The translations under genes and the position numbers were made by a program. From NCBI GenBank assembly GCA_045538555.1, contig JAZSRP010000034.1, forward strand, positions 430 through 64,429: a stretch of DNA of 64,000 bases, given 5' to 3'. How positions within the stretch are numbered: position 1 is the stretch's first letter; each line of letters opens with the position of its first letter. Positions 61,036 to 64,000 of the stretch are shown here, piece by piece. The DNA is from Eubacteriales bacterium (lineage in GTDB: Bacteria; Bacillota; Clostridia; Oscillospirales; CAG-382). The notes under the pieces are model-generated. The model was not told where the DNA came from. It saw nothing but the letters and a program-made list of their open reading frames with translations, and searched no databases.

Positions 61036-64000
61036 GAGTAACCGCAGAAAAAAGGTTTATGGCTCTGGCGCTGTCAGCGATTCTTTTGCTGGCAATGCTT
61101 CCCATAAGCGTTTTTGCAGCACAACTGTTTACCACCACGGTTCTTGACGGAAAAATTCAGATTTCCGGCGACGGAACCAGCGGTCTGGGTACAGGCAACA
61201 ACTCAAACGGAATTGTTACCGTTACGGCAAAAGCCGAGAGCAGCACCTGTATCACCGGAACCACCTATACGGCATCAAGCCATACTGTCACCATCCTCAA
61301 TGCCACAAATGATGAGACATTGGTTTTGAGCTTTGCTTATGACGCAACGGGATTTGGCGCTTTTACCATAGCCGACGTCAACAAGGCGGACGTGCCCAAG
61401 TCTACCTACAATGCCACACTTGCCCCCGGCGCAAGCATTGTAATCGTTCTCACCAGCAAAGATGACGCCACCGTGGCAAATCTTGTCCTCAGCGCATTTG
61501 CATTGCAGGACAGCGACACAAAAACCGTTACGGTCAATCCCTCCGCAAACGGAACAATCTCTGTAAACGGCACTGCAATTACTGCCGCAACCACTCTTGA
61601 GACCACATTCCTGGACGGTTTTTCGATTTCGGCAACAGCCGCAAGCGGATACAAGTTTATTGCCTGGGTAGATGCTGACTACAACGTACTTTCGTCCACT
61701 GCATCAGCTACTATCAACCCCAAGAGCGATATCAGCGTTTCGGCACTTTTCCTCTCACTTTCCGACACAACTGCTCATTGGATGGCAGGCGGAAAGTTGT
61801 ATTCTGATTTTGCACAGGCAATGACACAGGCGGCAGCCGTTGACGGCTTTGCCGTGCTTCTCAACAACGCCACACTTCCTGCAGGCACCTACACCATTCC
61901 TGCAGGTGTTAAGGTTCTGATCCCCTTTGACGATGCAAATACCCATTACGGCGAGGAGCCCGAGCTGATGCCCAACGGAACAAAATGGGTAGATCCCACG
62001 GTGTACCGTTCGCTCACTCTTGCTTCCGGCGCAACGTTGGAGATCAACGGCGCCCTTGAGGTTGCCGCAAAGCACCACATTTCCTCCGGCTCCAGCTCAA
62101 TCACCTTTGGCGGCGCCATCTACGGAAAATACGGCTATGTTAACCTTGCTGACGGAGCCGAGATCAACGTAAACAACGGCGGCAAGCTCTACGCTTGGGG
62201 TATCATCAACGGCGGCGGTACCGTCACTGCTGTGAGCGGCGCCTCTGTTTACGAAAAACTGCAGGTCAACGACTACCGCGGCGGTACCATGACCACTGCC
62301 GTTGCCATCAGCAACAGATCCAAAAAATTCTTCCCCTTCAGCCAGTATTACTGCCAGAACATTGAGTGTAAAGAGATCATCAACGCAGGTGCGATCCTCT
62401 ATGCTCACTGCGGCGTTTTTGCCAGCGAGCCTGAGGCAGACTGCGTAGAGTTTGTGGGCGGAACCTCGGCAATGTTTGGCATGAGCGCAGGCGCATACGT
62501 TGTCAAGCAGTATGATGCAGTCAACGATCGTCTTGTTATCGACCTGTACGGAAACGCCAGCCTAAACCCTATCTCCCTTACTTTTAACGGTCAGGAGATC
62601 AACTCCGCAGACTACAACCTTGGCATAAACAACAATATTACCATCAATATCCATTCCGGCATCACCACCATCAACCAACGTCTCCTGCTCCAGCCCGGAG
62701 TCAAGGTGTACGTTGCAAAAGAAGCGGCTCTTTACAACGCTTCTACCGTATACGTGATGGATGCAGAGGATTGGGGCACCTATTGCCGCGCTACCTCTCT
62801 GATGCCCATCAAGTGGACTGCCGCAAACGGAACCGCCGTCAAGAGAACTGCGGCCGGACTTACCGACGCTGTCGTTGACGTAAACGGTACCGTTATCAGC
62901 GCAGGTCAGATCTTTACCAGCGGAACCCAGTCGGTCATCAGCTCTGAGGGCACCGGTGTGTATATCCTCAACGCAAACGCCACCGCTTCCACCACAACTC
63001 AGATGCTGACCACAAACAGCCATAGCTACACTATCATTTCCAGCAGCGACTGGAAAACCATCGATTACACTGCCGCAGTGCTTGTAAACGGTGATACCAC
63101 CACTGTGACCGCTTCCGGCGCACAGTATGATACCTACATTTATGATACTTTGTCCGATGCTTGGACAGTCAAGAGCATCGGTTCCGGCTACGTTGCAAAC
63201 GTAACCTACGATCCCAACGGCGGAGCAGGCACTGCTTACACCGTTCCTGTGGATTATTTCGGCGCATTTACCAACGCTTCCAACAGCGGATTTACCTCCA
63301 TGGCACAGCTTTCGTTCCCCGTGGATGAAAACAGCTTTACCAATTCTGAGGGCACTTTCCTGGGCTGGAGCACAGATCCCGATGCAAGAGAGGCAGAGGT
63401 TGCTCCCAACGAGTATATTACCGTTGCAGGCGATACTACTCTTTATGCAGTATGGAGAAATTACAATCACACAGTCACCTGGATCGTTGACGGACAGACC
63501 TACAGCTCCTCCACAGTTGCAGACGGTGCATATCCCGAGGTTCCCGCAGATCCCGTAAAAGCAGAGGATGCAGGTTATACCTACACATTCCTTGGCTGGG
63601 ATCTTGACGGTGACGGCGAGACAGATGACGTTGTAGCCGCAACCGGAAACGACGTTTATACCGCAGTATTTGCAAAAACCGCAAAACAGTTTACCATCAC
63701 CTGGGTTGACGGTAACGGCGACGTTATCTATACCGAGCAGGTAGACTACGGCACCGTTCCCGTATATGACGGCGACGTTCCCGTAAAAGACGGCGATGCA
63801 CAGTACAGCTATTATTTCAATGAGACATGGTCTCCCGAAATCGTTGCGGTAACAGGCAACGCAACCTATACAGCACAGTTTGTTCAGCAGACAAACAAAT
63901 ACACTGTCACCTGGGTTGACGGTAACGGCGACGTTATCTATACCGAGCAGGTAGACTACGGCACCGTTCCCGTATATGACGGCGACGTTCCCGTAAAAGA
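61032..64000 (+). CDS. Giant secreted repeat protein, truncated by the window end (first 989 codons)
   Basis: Hand translation shows no stop from the ATG at 61032 to 64000, and this ORF is absent from the track. Signal peptide MRVTAEKRFMALALSAILLLAMLPISVFAA. One Listeria-Bacteroides-type repeat (VTYDPNGGAG...FLGWSTDPDA...LYAVW), then ~70-aa tandem modules (TWVDGNGDVIYTEQVDYGTVPVYDGDVPVK...). The start overlaps the Lgt-like stop (ATGA). Confidence 0.85.
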   Translation, partial: MRVTAEKRFMALALSAILLLAMLPISVFAAQLFTTTVLDGKIQISGDGTSGLGTGNNSNGIVTVTAKAESSTCITGTTYTASSHTVTILNATNDETLVLSFAYDATGFGAFTIADVNKADVPKSTYNATLAPGASIVIVLTSKDDATVANLVLSAFALQDSDTKTVTVNPSANGTISVNGTAITAATTLETTFLDGFSISATAASGYKFIAWVDADYNVLSSTASATINPKSDISVSALFLSLSDTTAHWMAGGKLYSDFAQAMTQAAAVDGFAVLLNNATLPAGTYTIPAGVKVLIPFDDANTHYGEEPELMPNGTKWVDPTVYRSLTLASGATLEINGALEVAAKHHISSGSSSITFGGAIYGKYGYVNLADGAEINVNNGGKLYAWGIINGGGTVTAVSGASVYEKLQVNDYRGGTMTTAVAISNRSKKFFPFSQYYCQNIECKEIINAGAILYAHCGVFASEPEADCVEFVGGTSAMFGMSAGAYVVKQYDAVNDRLVIDLYGNASLNPISLTFNGQEINSADYNLGINNNITINIHSGITTINQRLLLQPGVKVYVAKEAALYNASTVYVMDAEDWGTYCRATSLMPIKWTAANGTAVKRTAAGLTDAVVDVNGTVISAGQIFTSGTQSVISSEGTGVYILNANATASTTTQMLTTNSHSYTIISSSDWKTIDYTAAVLVNGDTTTVTASGAQYDTYIYDTLSDAWTVKSIGSGYVANVTYDPNGGAGTAYTVPVDYFGAFTNASNSGFTSMAQLSFPVDENSFTNSEGTFLGWSTDPDAREAEVAPNEYITVAGDTTLYAVWRNYNHTVTWIVDGQTYSSSTVADGAYPEVPADPVKAEDAGYTYTFLGWDLDGDGETDDVVAATGNDVYTAVFAKTAKQFTITWVDGNGDVIYTEQVDYGTVPVYDGDVPVKDGDAQYSYYFNETWSPEIVAVTGNATYTAQFVQQTNKYTVTWVDGNGDVIYTEQVDYGTVPVYDGDVPVK
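63697..64000 (+). repeat. 210-nt tandem coding repeat, identical copies
   Basis: 63697-63790 is identical, base for base, to 63907-64000 (94 nt, limited by the window end). A diverged unit precedes at about 63470-63690. Confidence 0.9.

Noticed and set aside
55868-63470. Several 200-660-aa - strand ORFs (55868-56836, 57407-58045, 58076-60061, 62562-63470)
   Set aside because: Shadow ORFs of the two giant + strand surface-protein genes, from the same codon-bias effect.
63697-64000. Perfect direct repeats as a CRISPR-like array or assembly artefact
   Set aside because: The repeats are in frame within a continuous ORF and have a 210-nt period encoding a protein module. They lack the short repeat/spacer architecture of CRISPR.
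1-64000. Search for tRNA/rRNA genes, IS elements, integrases, prophage or known defence systems
   Set aside because: I found no transposase, integrase, phage structural, restriction-modification, Cas or toxin-antitoxin-like ORFs, and no tRNA-like cloverleaf sequences in the intergenic regions. This was only inspected by eye.

Overview
This 64-kb segment looks like chromosome from a Gram-positive anaerobe of the Clostridia type, probably Ruminococcaceae/Oscillospiraceae-like. That placement is an inference from gene content: DnaD/DnaC-type loaders, RicT/YaaT, a type II pantothenate kinase, and a dockerin-bearing surface protein. All calls come from reading the sequence and ORF translations by eye; no database search was possible.

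Layout:
- 1-16.7 kb: housekeeping genes. These are rnhA, dnaC/dnaD-like loaders, murI, ddl, an AEC transporter, clpP, a U32 peptidase, ricT, holB, coaW, several small hypotheticals, and a GlpA-like flavoprotein/DUF1667 trio.
- 16.9-22.1 kb: an operon behind an exact consensus promoter. It encodes a 1210-aa secreted discoidin/Cys-repeat protein ending in a dockerin, a secreted cohesin-like protein, and a 40-aa peptide.
- 22.16-22.48 kb: a structured inverted/direct-repeat element.
- 22.5-29.7 kb (- strand): rlmB, a degenerate P-type-ATPase homologue, an EF-G paralogue and a lipoprotein.
- 29.8-30.2 kb (- strand): a self-contained two-gene operon for small peptides.
- 30.35-48.5 kb (- strand): a 14-gene Wzx/Wzy glycan locus. 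It contains a WbpA/B/D/E/I-type pathway for di-N-acetylated mannuronic acid, an AsnB-like enzyme, four GT4 enzymes, an Fkp-like kinase/nucleotidylyltransferase fusion and a PF14907-type nucleotidyltransferase.
- 49.1-55.4 kb (+ strand): a second, divergent Wzx/EpsG glycan locus with LicD.
- 55.6-64.0 kb: a 1527-aa phosphodiester-glycosidase/cell-wall-binding-repeat protein, an Lgt-like protein, and a giant repeat protein that runs off the window.

The most unusual feature is a three-member family of 40-48-aa peptides that is absent from the ORF track. They share a conserved N-terminal block and a conserved DN-x7-WW-[DN] C-terminus. Two copies sit under their own perfect promoter next to the nucleotidyltransferase; the third is coupled to the cohesin-like gene. 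I do not recognise this family, and its function (RiPP precursor or pheromone) is only a hypothesis.

I saw no rRNA, tRNA, CRISPR array, IS element, prophage or recognisable defence genes.
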